From assembly GCF_036588685.1 (NCBI RefSeq), contig NW_026963317.1:2666001-2730000 (forward strand): a DNA stretch of 64,000 bases, read 5' to 3'. Of the stretch, positions 50,101-60,700 are shown in pieces. The notes under the pieces were generated by a model. The model saw only the letters and a program-made list of their open reading frames with translations, did no database searches and was not told where the DNA came from. Made by a program: the position numbers and the translations under genes. Positions within the stretch are counted from its first letter, which is position 1, and each line of letters opens with the position of its first letter. Origin of the DNA: Mytilus trossulus (Eukaryota).

Positions 50101-51433
50101 CTTTGATATTTTTATCCACTTTGAAAAATGGTAGTTGGCAACTGGTATAGCTATATGTTTACCAAATACATGCCCATCAACAATATCTGGTAGATAATGA
50201 GGATTCAAAATTTCAAAAGGGACTTGTTTAATCTGTAGGCTACACATCAAATTAGCACCAACTTTTCCTCTTAGTCTGACATAAATTGTATGTAAACCTC
50301 TATTGAGTTGAAGGCCGAAGAAAAACTGGTTCCTATGGTAAACATCTCCCGTGACTGGTATCCCATCAACATATATGGTGTGATGGCCAAGACATTGTAA
50401 AGCAACATTTTGTTTGTCGTCATTCAGAGAAAATTCTCCTACAACCCATCCTTGCCATTCTGTGATTCCCATAGAGCTTAATGTATTGATTAATTCATTC
50501 CAGTTCACGGTTGGGGCAATTTTCATCACATCTTTTGGCTGTCTTTGGTTATATACCTGCCATGTAATTTCCCCTCCCGGAGAAAATTCTGAGTAAAACT
50601 TTTGATTTTTGTGTTCCCTATACTTTGATACATTGTAGATTCCCCCAAATGCCTCTAAAGGGTCGCCATCAAATTCCGTCTTTCCTATGACAAAAGGACC
50701 CAAATAGTTCCATTGTTTGATAAACGGAGTTATCTTTCCTGTTATTCTGGCTGCTTGTTTGAAACAAAAGTTTGCATCTGTTGACTTATCTGCATTATCA
50801 TACAAAGTGCCAAGTACTGACCATAGAAATCCATCATTCTTGTTGTCTGTAAGAAGCTTGATAGCACAAGGAATCACCTCCTTAGCCTACAATAGAACCA
50901 GTGGAACTATGAACATTTGCTTATTTATCATACCCTGCTAAAAAGAACAATGAAGTATGTCATGTATGTGGTAAAATAAGAATTTGATGACTGGTGAATC
51001 TAAAACTTCATCACACAGTATACATGGTATAGAATGATCAAATGAAGCTACATTCCAATTTTTAGGAAGCTCTGATTTTTATTTCCTAAAAAATGAAACT
51101 TTATGAAATGGACAAACTGATGAAAAGATGAAAGTTTAGAAGAATTTGGTTGTTTCATGAAACTAATATTATCAAACCATTTGTTAAAGAACTTTAAGAA
51201 CAGTTATAAAGACCTGTTATGAGATTTCCACAACAAAATAGCATGCTTTGCCATATATATTGCAAAAATATTTTCTTTTTCAAAAATAAAAATAGGTAAC
51301 ATGTACATTATGTACTTACTGTTCTAGTCCATCTAATTTGGTTAACACTTTTCACATTTATCTTCTTCAGAGAACATTTACTGCCTTTAGTTTCTGCTTC
51401 CTTCAATTCATCTTCCAAGAAAATTTGAACATT
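6607..51433 (-). CDS. Multi-exon uncharacterised alpha/beta-hydrolase (peptidase S9/esterase-like; resembles the ARB_06907-like family), N-terminus unresolved
   Basis: Phase-consistent GT-AG exons: 51433-51320, 50886-49673, 49164-49034, 48336-48210, 45249-45150, 44426-44278, 43861-43624, 42713-42612, 40822-40747, 40268-40167, 39492-39364, 38392-38306, 12210-12035, 6741-6607 (2880 nt, 959 aa + TAA). Has a nucleophile elbow GHSMGG, candidate Asp (GAADKTVP) and His (EHWWWD), a TPR-like N-terminal segment and the C-terminus PDYVVTGP...GFWGNSW...CVC. Confidence 0.85.
6862..9270. repeat. HINE-like repeat (AACTAGAGGCTCT... family) interrupted by the 7143-9103 element
   Basis: Same start and internal sequence as 41507-42455; split at an AA dinucleotide by a younger insertion. 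Confidence 0.6.
7143..9103 (-). mobile_element. Non-autonomous Helentron (HINE/DINE-1-like), ~1.96 kb
   Basis: Subterminal inverted repeats TATACGACCGCA / TGCGGTCGTATA, a terminal hairpin, a (GAC)n microsatellite and internal tandem repeats; inserted at AA/TT without TSD. Second copy at 45762-47734. Confidence 0.85.
10208..12122 (-). repeat. 107-bp tandem array (18 units) = last 88 nt of a coding exon + 19 nt containing the GTAAGT donor
   Basis: CTTAC recurs every 107 bp from 10211 to 12030. The last unit is the true end of exon 12210-12035. Confidence 0.95.
13465..13471 (+). promoter_or_regulatory. TATA box of C1qDC gene 1
   Basis: TATATAA 68 nt before the ATG. The same position is conserved in the other three paralogues (16454, 29648, 32542). 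Confidence 0.7.
13533..15159 (+). CDS. Secreted C1q-domain-containing protein, copy 1 (182 aa)
   Basis: Exons 13533-13608 (signal peptide MSYYTTVLTLLFLAEIVMG), 13773-13826 and 14741-15159, with phase-1 GT-AG introns. gC1q motifs FDKVVTN, GYNPTTGIFTAP, GVYQFS, LKKGDQV and FSGYLI. Confidence 0.93.
16011..16312. mobile_element. Short Helentron-like element, copy 2
   Basis: Homologous to 5281-5578; inserted ~140 bp upstream of the gene 2 TATA box and absent from the matching gene 3 upstream region. Confidence 0.7.
16521..17716 (+). CDS. Secreted C1q-domain-containing protein, copy 2 (181 aa)
   Basis: Exons 16521-16596, 16760-16813 and 17301-17716; intact frame; TATA at 16454. Confidence 0.93.
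18093..26875. repeat. Higher-order tandem array of seven ~465-bp TIR elements alternating with two spacer types
   Basis: GGTGTAATACCACCA...TGGTGGTATTACACC units start at 18093, 19399, 20733, 22040, 23384, 24691 and 26410, with a ~2.64-2.65-kb period. The whole array is flanked by a TGTA duplication. Confidence 0.9.
27408..27557. other. Assembly gap (150 N)
   Basis: Run of N. Confidence 1.
28094..28197 (-). pseudogene. Duplicated 5' half (104 nt) of hydrolase exon 12210-12035 with intact acceptor
   Basis: TTTTTTGCAG|ATTCTTCA; reads DSSFSVSKCTFSGPRSGLLTLAPNGKDNLTLILMS versus DSSFSLSKCKFSHPRSGLLTLAPNSKDNLALILMS in the real exon. Confidence 0.85.
29711..31209 (+). CDS. Secreted C1q-domain-containing protein, copy 3 (182 aa)
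   Basis: Exons 29711-29786 (MNFYTTVLTLLLSAEIVMG), 30149-30202 and 30791-31209; TATA at 29648. Confidence 0.93.
32603..34056 (+). CDS. Secreted C1q-domain-containing protein, copy 4 (181 aa)
   Basis: Exons 32603-32678, 33018-33071 and 33641-34056; TATA at 32542. Carries G>V in the conserved TTGIF motif (TTVIF). Confidence 0.92.
35995..37198. mobile_element. Non-autonomous TIR element inserted in the Penelope RT
   Basis: Termini CAGGCCTCTACATTA / TAATGTCGAGCCCTG, subterminal CTTGTCC/GGACAA motifs and a TATAA duplication; splits SY|IRDTT. Confidence 0.8.
36601..36792. mobile_element. Tc1/mariner-like MITE nested in the previous element
   Basis: TA-CTGTGGATTCAT...ATGAATCCACAG-TA. Confidence 0.8.
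38550..39453 (-). repeat. Degenerate 100-140-bp tandem array = last ~89 nt of exon 39492-39364 + its GTAAATG donor
   Basis: AACAGCA recurs at ~38584, 38686, 38805, 38944, 39066, 39323 and 39446. Donor-like TTACC copies at ~38839, 38983 and 39103; the true donor is at 39363. Confidence 0.85.
39117..39219 (+). mobile_element. Solo Penelope terminal fragment with a minimal hammerhead-ribozyme motif
   Basis: Reverse-complement match to ~34315-34416; CTGAAGA-AGGCATTGGCC-GAAA-GGTC; flanked by a 12-bp duplication TATCTGATAATT. Confidence 0.8.
41507..42455. repeat. HINE-like repeat (AACTAGAGGCTCT family) with internal duplication
   Basis: Homologous to 6862-9270 and ~30400-30700. Confidence 0.6.
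44574..44682. mobile_element. Small TA-flanked MITE
   Basis: TA-CAGTCGATTCC...GGAATGTACTG-TA, imperfect TIRs. Confidence 0.55.
45762..47734 (-). mobile_element. Non-autonomous Helentron (HINE), copy 2
   Basis: Colinear with 7143-9103, including the subterminal repeats, (GAC)n and hairpin. Confidence 0.85.
48802..49018. mobile_element. Tc1/mariner-like MITE
   Basis: TA-CTGTAAACCAACTTATTTTC...GAAAATAAGTTGGTTTACAA-TA; ends ~15 nt from a splice donor. Confidence 0.75.
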
Positions 51434-51688
51434 CTAAAGAATATAAAAAATAAACTTAAAAAGTTATTGCTTACAAAAATATATAGTGTAAGGATGGATT
51501 TTAATCTTTTTTCCAAAAGGGGAACACTCGCACCATTCAGATACAAAAGGCAAATTCATATCTGTAAATAAAACAAACGTATAGAACCAGGTTTTTAAAT
51601 GAATGCCTCGTGGTTTCTTTACTATATAATAATAAACAGTTTGGTTGATTTTGACAGCATAGACAACATTAAGGTTCACTGCCTTTAA

Positions 51689-52101
51689 CCCTTTTGCTGC
51701 CAGAGGGACATTGATGTCCATGTTTTAATTCAAGAAAGCTTCTCCTCTTGCTGTATCTTTTTCAAATAAAAAACAAACAGGTCAACATTTTCTTCAATGC
51801 ATCCCAAATTATGTAACAGTTATTTTGACATGACGTCATCTATCGAACAATCTAATTAAAATTAAATCCTTTAATTGCTCTCATCTATCAAACAATCTAA
51901 TTAAAATAAAATCCTTTAACTGCTTCTGTTCTGATATGTCACGCATCAAGGTGGGCGACATATCAGAACAGGAGCAATTAAAGGATTTAATTCTAATTAG
52001 ATTGTCTATCGAATGACATCATTGTTGGACATCTGACGTCAACCTGTCATATTTTCTGGCACACAAAATGCAACCTTGAAAAACAACTGGCAGCAAGAGG
52101 C
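51689..52101. mobile_element. piggyBac-like MITE
   Basis: TTAA-CCCTTTTGCTGCCAG...CTGGCAGCAAGAGGC-TTAA. Confidence 0.7.
51848..52004. mobile_element. Foldback (Mutator-like) mini-element
   Basis: ~48-bp inverted arms around a short loop, a 9-bp TSD TCTATCGAA (51839-51847 and 52005-52013), and a partly duplicated left arm. Confidence 0.75.
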
Positions 52102-52464
52102 TTAAAGAGCTACTCTGGTTTTCTCCTAAAAAGTCATTATTTCTGGTGAATTACTGAGTGCAATTCATTATTGAATTGTATTTAATTTCTTTTGTATAGT
52201 CTCAATAGCACATAGCATATTTGAAGATTGTATTGAAGGTACCTTTATGAAGAATTCCAAATAATGTAATTTTAGTGGATGACAATGAAATGTACATTTT
52301 CTCATTTTATTTTTTTCAAAAATAACTGCAATGAATAATAATTTGAAACTCTAAAGAAATTTTAAAATCACAGTAGCCAAAAATTACTATTTAACACCTA
52401 ACAATGAAGGGATTCCTTCCCTCATGGTATTGTGAAGGGTAGGACCTTTAACAGGACTCCGGGA

Positions 52465-52521
52465 TAATAAAATTGAGAATGGAAATGGGGAATGTGTCAA
52501 AGAGACAACAACCCGACCAAA

Positions 52522-52577
<56 letters not shown>

Positions 52578-53293
52578 ACAACAGCAGAAGGTCACCAACA
52601 GGTCTTCAATGTAGCGAGAAATTCCCGCACCCGGAGGCGTCCTTCAGCTTGCCCCTAAACAAATATATACTAGTTCAGTGATAATGAACGCCATACTAAT
52701 TTCCAAATTGTACACAAGAAACTAAAATTTAAATAATACAAGACTAACAAAGGCCAGAGGCTCCTGACTTGGGACAGGCGCAAAAATGCGGCGGGGTTAA
52801 ACATGTTTGTGAGATCTCAACCCTCCCCCTATACCTCTAACCAGTGTAGAAAAGTAAAAGCATAACAATACGCACATTAAAATTCAGTTCAAGAGAAGTC
52901 CGAGTCTGATGTCAGAAGATGTAACCAAAGAAAATAAACAAAATGACAATAATACATAAATAACAACAGACTACTAGCAGTTAACTGACATGCCAGCTCC
53001 AGACTTCAATTAAACTGACTGAAAGATTATGATTTCATCATATGAACATCAGGCACAATCCTTCCCGTAAGGGGTTTAGTATCATACCATCATAACATAT
53101 ATGAGAAGAACATAACCCGTGTCATGCCAACAACTGTTTTTAGAATAAATGTGTTTAGTTCCCACGCAAAGACCTTATCAGTGACTCAATATTAACGCCA
53201 AAATATGCAATCTTTAATGACTTGACAACAGTATCGTAATTATATCCCTTCTTAATAAGTCTATTCAAAGGTTTTGTAAGTTTATGAGGTGAA
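52465..53293 (-). mobile_element. 3' end of an abundant non-LTR/SINE-like repeat
   Basis: AATAAAATTGAGAATGGAAATGGGGAATGTGTCAAAGAGACAAC terminus. Related fragments at ~2900-2983, 4080-4220, 33228-33310, 56065-56460 and 62090-62120. Confidence 0.6.
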
Positions 53294-53510
53294 TTTAAAG
53301 CTTGAATTTCTGGATTGACCCTTTATCGGGACTCCGGGATCAGATGTTTTTAAGCTCAAGATTTCAAGATAGACCCTTTCAGGGAATTTGGGGATGTCGG
53401 GATTTAAATTTGGGACTACTGGATTTCATGTTTTAAGCCCAGGATTTGGGGATCAGGACCCCTCCTACCCCCTCCCTATACACCTAATCGCTATTTATTC
53501 CATTCCGGAT

Positions 53511-54680
53511 AAGTTCTAAAATTACACAACTTTTTCATCCAGTTGAAGCTATCTGGGACCCTGTTTAAACAATTCACCATGCATGATACTTTTAAATGAG
53601 ACCTTTTAAACTACCGTAAATACTTCAAACAAAATATTTTTTAACTTCAATTTTAATTTCGAAAAAAGTGGATCATACTATATCAAAGTTTCTTGATGAT
53701 CACTTTCTAAAGTTTTTCCTCCCTCAGCTCACTGCTGATGACCTCCATTTTCGGCCCGTGTGACCTAAACAGGAAGTTGTATAAATGACTGTTTTTCCAG
53801 GAATGGACTAAATAGCGATAAGGTGTATTGTGAGGGAGGGTAGAAGGGGTCCTGATCCGGAAATCCCAAGCTTAAAAACATGAAATCCTGAAATCCCGGG
53901 ATTAAAAAACACGAAATCCAGAGGTCCCAAAATTCGAAAAAGGAATTCCCGGATCCCGAAATCCTGATCTGAAAAACACTCGATCCTGGAGTCCTGATAA
54001 AGGTCCTATCCCCCCTTTATTGTGCTGTTGCGTTTGTGTCAATAACATAATTGTATTTGTTCGCATGAAACAATAGTTATTTAAAGCAGCGAGTTTCTAT
54101 ACTAACTAAGTAAGTATAGAAACTCCATGCATTGAATTTGAGGTATTAACAGACAAACAGTAAACTGCCCCTGGAACTGGCAAGTGTTTTCATTTATACA
54201 TTTTCTTTTTTCTTTGAAAGTTTGCAGGATGTGATGTCCATTGTGATAAAGATTATTCCAACGAGTAGAAGCATTCTTTTAATGTCTGTTTCAGTGCAAT
54301 CAAAGGCCATTTTATCATGCGGTGGTCAGTTTTTCAAGCACCTGTTCAGGTGCAGACGAATTTCATTTTTACGACATCACTCGGTACCACATTAATCAAG
54401 TTCAAACTTTTGATTAATATTATTTTAATGCTAGAGTCGTGTTTAAAACATAATCTAATGACAAAAACAGTATTTCCAGTAAATAGTTTGTAATAATTTT
54501 TATTTTATATAGTCGTAAATCACTTTTTAGTCATCCAAGTATTGATTGTGTTTTAAAGTTTTGCATTTCGATTACAGAAATAAGTAAAATATTAACCCTG
54601 ATCGATCACGCCACCGGTATAACTGTATTCCGGTTTACTATTTGTCATAGTGTTATGCTGAAAGTTTATTTACAGAGAAC
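53511..54680. promoter_or_regulatory. Probable bidirectional promoter region between the hydrolase gene and GNPAT
   Basis: Head-to-head gene orientation, local CpG retention, a YY1-like CCATTTT at ~53745 and an ETS-like CAGGAAGT at 53770. Confidence 0.45.
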
Positions 54681-54757
54681 CAGAAAAAGCACCAACAACA
54701 TTTGCAGAACTTTGGAATTCGTACTGAAGGGTGCAAGACCATTAACTAACCTCAAAT

Positions 54758-57700
54758 ATGTCAGACCAGTCAAGGAATTCGTGGATTAAACAAGGTATCA
54801 AAGGAAAATTTAGTATTTCACATTCATCATGTTATTCTCTTATTTATTTTGGTCATAATTCATGTTTTTACAAGTTACATCCTACAAGTTATACATGTTG
54901 ATGATGTACTGATGTAGTACTTCATGACATTTGAAGGACATTGACAGTTATCACAAGTCAAATGAATCCTGGTCTGTTTGCACCCAATCACGTTCGCACC
55001 CACTAACATTGCCCTCTTTCATTTTTGCTCCCTACAGGTTCGCACCCAAAGTCCATTCGCACCCATCACGTTTCCGTCCAATTTTTATTGGTTTTTTGTT
55101 TGATGGTTTCAGAGACATATAATACCATATGTCTCTGATGGTTTGTTATCGAGTTTTGGTAAGTCACTTAGTGTATTGCTATAAGTGTATTAATTGTTTT
55201 TATTGTTTCTAAATAAAGTGAGATTCTGATGGGGTTTTTTTTGTGTCATGGTAAGTGCATTGCTAAATCGTTTTTTTTTCTTTCTATTGTTTAATAAGGA
55301 ATAAGGACTGACAAAAAAAAATAATGTTGTAAATAATTTGTAATCATGTTTTGGATAATGAAAATTTTTCTAAAATACATTTTTGTACCAATAGACAACT
55401 TTCTGGTTTGATGCATTTCCATCAAAAACTCTGGTTTTAGTGAACGTCATGTGTGCCTTTAGGGGAGCTGTCACTTCCATTCCAATGTTTAGTGAGTGGT
55501 TGGAAAACTATAATTCTATATTGTACAAATTATTTGGCAAATTGAATTTTCAAAATTGACAATCAGCATTGCTGTCAATAGGGAATTGTCATTAAGTACT
55601 TACAAAACAACCATTATTTCTAGTTTATTCTGCACAATGACAATCACTGAGATTTTAATAAGGGCCTTGTCTGTGAGTGATCCTTCTGTCTGTCCATCAG
55701 TCACAAATTGTGTCTGCTCAATATCTAGGCAACTGTTATCATTTCATACTATATACTTGATATGGATATTTACCAACTCCAGAGGCTGTGTCATAATATT
55801 TTTACAACTTACTAGGTCAAAGGGTAAGGTCAAAAACTGGTTTCAGTTGATATATGGTTGTGTCCACTTTATCTTGAGAATGGTTATGATTTTAAAGTTA
55901 ATATTAACCTACACCAGAGAGTATGTTATAATTTATATACAAATTCCTAGGTCAATAACTTTGGTTTCAGTTGACAACCCCATATCCTAATGTAAAGATA
56001 CAATTTTTTTTAGCACACATTATTCACAGAGGGCCCATATAGATGGCATCCATCTCAATAATTATAAAAAAAAAGTAGATGTAACAGTGGTATGATTGCC
56101 AATAAGACAACTCTCCACAAGAGAACATATTACACAAATTATCGACTATAGGTCACCATACAGCCTTTAACAATGAGCAAAGCCCATACTGCATAGTCGG
56201 CAATAAAAGGCCTCAAATGACAAATGTAACACAATTCAAACTAGAAAACCAACATTGAACCTAATTTATGTACAAAAAATATACGAAAAAAACAGATATG
56301 TAACACATTATCAAACAATAACCACTGATTTACAGGCTACTGACTTGGGATAAGCACATACATTTTGTACATTAAGAATGTGGTGGGTTTAAATATGTTT
56401 GTGGGATCCAAACCCTCCTCTAACCTGGCACCAGTAGTGCAAAAGTACAACAGAAGAAAGAACTAGTTCTTACAACATTCATCCTATTTAATGTTAGGTT
56501 ATAAAGTTGAACAACAGCCCAACAATAGGTACTTAACCAGATTGGCCCACTTAGCCATTTCTGTATTGTAGACAACTTGATTGCACTTCTCTTCTTACAT
56601 CTAACATTGTTAACTTATTATATTTAATTTGTCATTTAGTAATTAGACCTTTTTTCAGCCTTTTTCATAAACTAGTCTGCTATTTTGTTCTTGGCTATAT
56701 TATCATGGCCTGAAATTTAAGACATTGTTGTTAATATGCAGTATCTTTCAAGAAACTAATGTACCAAATATGGTAAAACGGGACAGATTTAACATGGCAA
56801 TGTAAAAAGGTCAGAAAAAACATTTATCGATAGATTATACCTCAATTTGAGATAGTCTATCATTTTATATTTATTATTAGTATTATGTTTTTTGAGATAG
56901 ACCAATTTTTTCTGTTGAGTGTTAAGGATGTATTCTTCTGACATTTCAGTCTCGTTCAGTCTCGTTGAAATCTCGTTCTTGAAATATTTCAAAAAAATGC
57001 TATGCAGGTGGAAAATATCAATGAATTCTAAAAATATTATAATCAAACATAACTCTTTGAAAAAATTGTGTACGTACAATGCATGGTTTTTGAGTAATCC
57101 AGTTTTCAAATTTTATGCCCAATCAAGTCAGTATTTTTAGCCAAAATGTTGAGAAAATGGGTGAGGGATACAAAAAATGATTTTACTAGAATCATGTACA
57201 TCCCATTTCATTTTGGTCTTTTCAAATTTCTTAGATATGTATTTTATCAATCATTTATAACAAAAAAGTTGAAATAATATGCATTTTGTTCTTTAAACTG
57301 AGAAAAATCACAAAAATAGAAAATTGACAGCATGGTAAATTTTACACAAAAAAGCGTCAAAATATGATAAAACTTTCTTATATTAACACCTACCTATAGT
57401 TTTTTTAAGTAAAATTTATTCAGATTGGTCCACTTAATCTTTATAGAAAGTATGAACAAAAGTTTAATTGTGGAACTGTAATTTTTTTCAAGATAATAGC
57501 CCAAAAATAGGTAAAATTCGATGAAAAATGGGAAATTCATCAAAATTGGGCATTTTCAAAGGGCCATAGCAAAAAAAGAAGTGCACCACCATATGATTTT
57601 TTCTTTGCCAATTATTTTGTTACAGTCTTTTAAACCCAAAAATCAGGCTAAGAAAAAAAGTTTAATTCTAGAAATGTTTGGCTCCTCAGAGGTGTACATC

Positions 57701-60700
57701 CTTAAATTGTCTTCATTTACAGATAATCCAAGGCTAGTGTCTGCTCGACAGAAAGACATTTATGAAGATATTTTGGAGGACAGAAGACATTCAAGTGATG
57801 TTGTTTGGTCATTTAGGACGAGAGAAGAACCAAAATATAAGTACAACAAACCAAGAACACCCGATGAGATCAGAAAACATGTTATGCATAGTGATCGTGT
57901 TAAATATGCCGTTGAAAAGGTATGTTTCTGTTTTAGTGTAATTGATTGAAACGTTTGTGTTACTATTACACAAAATTCAGACTCAGTACTTTTGGTTATA
58001 TCGTGACAACCTGTTTTTCAGGGTGCATAAGAAGTTCCACCAACCTTCATCTGATCATTTTAGTCATTTAAGATTTGATTCAAACAGACCTGCCACATGC
58101 TGGGTACAAACTCAGTGCTGACTGGCAAATAAAGCAATTTAACTACTAAAATAGACTTGGCCACAGAGGCCCCTTATTGTGCATAATTTACATGTGAATA
58201 ATTTTTGCTATGATAATTTATCAACAGTAGGCCTAGGGAAGCCATTTAAAAAGTGCAAAATTTACCCTTTACAAACATTTCACTGTATATTAAAATGCAA
58301 TTGCAAGGTAAAAGGCTGTAAAACAATGAACATGTGAAGATGAAACTGACTTTTTTTTGCTAAACCCACAAAAAAGACCAGACAAATAATGTATAGATTG
58401 ATATTTGTAATAATGTAAGAACTTCTTCAATTTAATGTTATTGTGGTCAACATGGTCAATCTATTTTATCTTCCAGGTTTGTTCAGAAAGTGGATTACCC
58501 ATTGAAGAGGTATGGAAGCAGGCAGAAGAAGTTATGCAGGAAATGTCCCACAATCTGAGCATGGGAGCAATTCGAGGATTTGCAATGTTTCTCGTCAAAG
58601 TTTTAAAATCACTGTTCAAAAGAGTTTATGTCAATACAGAAGGAATACAAAAGGTAGAATACTATAAATTTAGAAATTATTGCAAGGTTTTAATTATTGT
58701 GAAAAAATGCGACAGAGTTGTGAAACGCAATAATTTAAACTCGCATTTTGACATATTTTTTATGGATTAAACAGGATTTTTCTCAAAATCGTAAAAATTA
58801 AAATCGCATTTAAGTCTAAACTGACAAAATCGCAATAATATTAAAATGCATGCAATAATTTCTGAATTTACAGTACTTGTTTTTCTATCACATAATCAGG
58901 AGAAAAATGTATTATTTTGTATGTGATAGGAAAGTAAAATTAGGAGATAACTGTATTGTATTTAAAGCTTGGCCCTCGTAAAAACTTAGATTTTATTGTC
59001 ACAAATTGAGTTTACCTACAACGCAAAGTGAACTGGTAAAACGTGAAATTTACCCCTTCAAAACATTTATCAATGTCCAATGAAAATTGTTGTTACAAAA
59101 GAATTGCATTAGAATTTACCAAAAACATGCATGAAAACAATCAGAATATCATGAAAAAGAATGGGTTAATACCAATAACAATGAAACAGAAAGGATAGGC
59201 ATCTATTATCATGTTATTTTAAAAATGAAACAAATAGTTGAGAACTTCTAAGTGCTGTATGTTGGAATCTTAAAAAAAAAGCGAAGGCTATTAAAAATAG
59301 ATAAAAATGAATTGATGTTACTGTCAAAATAGTCTTATTAGATGTACATGTTACCTAGGTAAAAATAGAATGATTTATTTCTATTTTCGAGGGGGGGATG
59401 CTGAAAGAATACCCCCTATTACTGATGCCAGCCATAAAAGATATGTTAACATACTTTTCTTTATTATCAGGTCAGAGAGATGTTAGTAGAATACCCAGTT
59501 CTATTGATGCCTACCCATAGAAGTTATTTTGACTTTCTTTTGATGTCATATGTGTTCTATTCCTACGATCTTCCACTGCCTGTTATTGCTGCTGCTATGG
59601 GTTTGTAGATTTACATAGGGAAATATTTAAAAATTATTTTGTCACAAGGAAAAAAATTAAACACAATTTAAATGAGAAAAATAATAAAACAGCTTTAAGT
59701 TAATTGATAAATATACCACACTCTTTTAATTTACATGGCTAAAAACACTTGTATGATATCATGTAAAAATTATAACACAGCCTTAGCAAATATATTTATT
59801 TTATAAACTAACTTGAGATATTCATCATGGAATATAATTCAATATTCTTTTTCTTTTTCAATGTTCAACTAAAATATGTACTCAAATTTTCACTATAAAT
59901 AAAATATACCAGTTTATACAAAATAGTGTATTTGTTTCAGATTTCATGGGTATGAAATTTTTTGGATGGCTTTTGAGAAACAGTGGTGCATTTTATATTC
60001 GGAGAAGTTTTGGAGATGACATGCTATACTGGGCAGTATTTACTGAATATGTCCAGTCACAGCTGGTCAATGGAGATCATCCTATAGAGTTCTATGTTGA
60101 GGGAACCAGAAGCAGAACTTCAAAGTCATATGCTCCAAAATTTGGTAGGTTTTGATTAACTTTTGAAAGAGGAACTATATGCCACTTTTTGCCATGGCAT
60201 TGTCAGATGGTCTTTGAGTTTGAATATTTTTTTGTATCTTCCATCTCTTTTAAGAACAGTTAGTTGAATTCTTTGTGAATATGAGCAAAGATATGCAGTA
60301 AGCCAAGAGATGAGGAAATCATTTTGGTAAACTTAATTTGATCTTCTTTCACTTTCTATGTTTCAATTTTTGGGTAGTCAGTTGACTAATGAAGAAAATT
60401 GTAGTGTAAAGAGTCAACCATTAAATATTTGGTTAAGATATACTGATCTTTAAAGTCATAATAAACAAGTGACTGGTGAAAAATAATTTTATTCCAATTC
60501 TTAAATCAATGCATACAAACATCATAAACTTAGTCTTCTGTGCACGATTTTATCATTTTTTTCACATTAATTTCGTTTAAGGGGGCTCCGGGGTATAAAT
60601 GATTTTTTTTTTCTAATATAGGATTTCGCTATATTTTTTCATAAATAAACTTTATCATATACTTAAAAGAAAAATGAAATAAAAAAATGGGGTCACCGTT

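Noticed and set aside
50887-50940. NAGNAG acceptor at ~50935-50938
   Set aside because: It would include the in-frame TAG at 50889-50887; the acceptor at 50887 fits the phase.
52387-52658. Poly-F / poly-K ORFs (also 26154-26345 and the X-containing ORFs near 27300-27640)
   Set aside because: Artefacts of homopolymer tracts and the N gap.
53150-53190. Hammerhead-like CTGATAA-GGTC...GGAA on the minus strand
   Set aside because: The core and stem II are too degenerate to call.
52240-53750. First coding exon of the hydrolase gene (candidate ATGs near 53748 and 52305)
   Set aside because: Neither candidate combines a convincing donor, the correct phase and a plausible leader; left unresolved.
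57521-57722. N-terminus of the 142-aa ORF as the GNPAT start
   Set aside because: It lies in a TTAA-flanked MITE and intron; the real exon begins at 57723.
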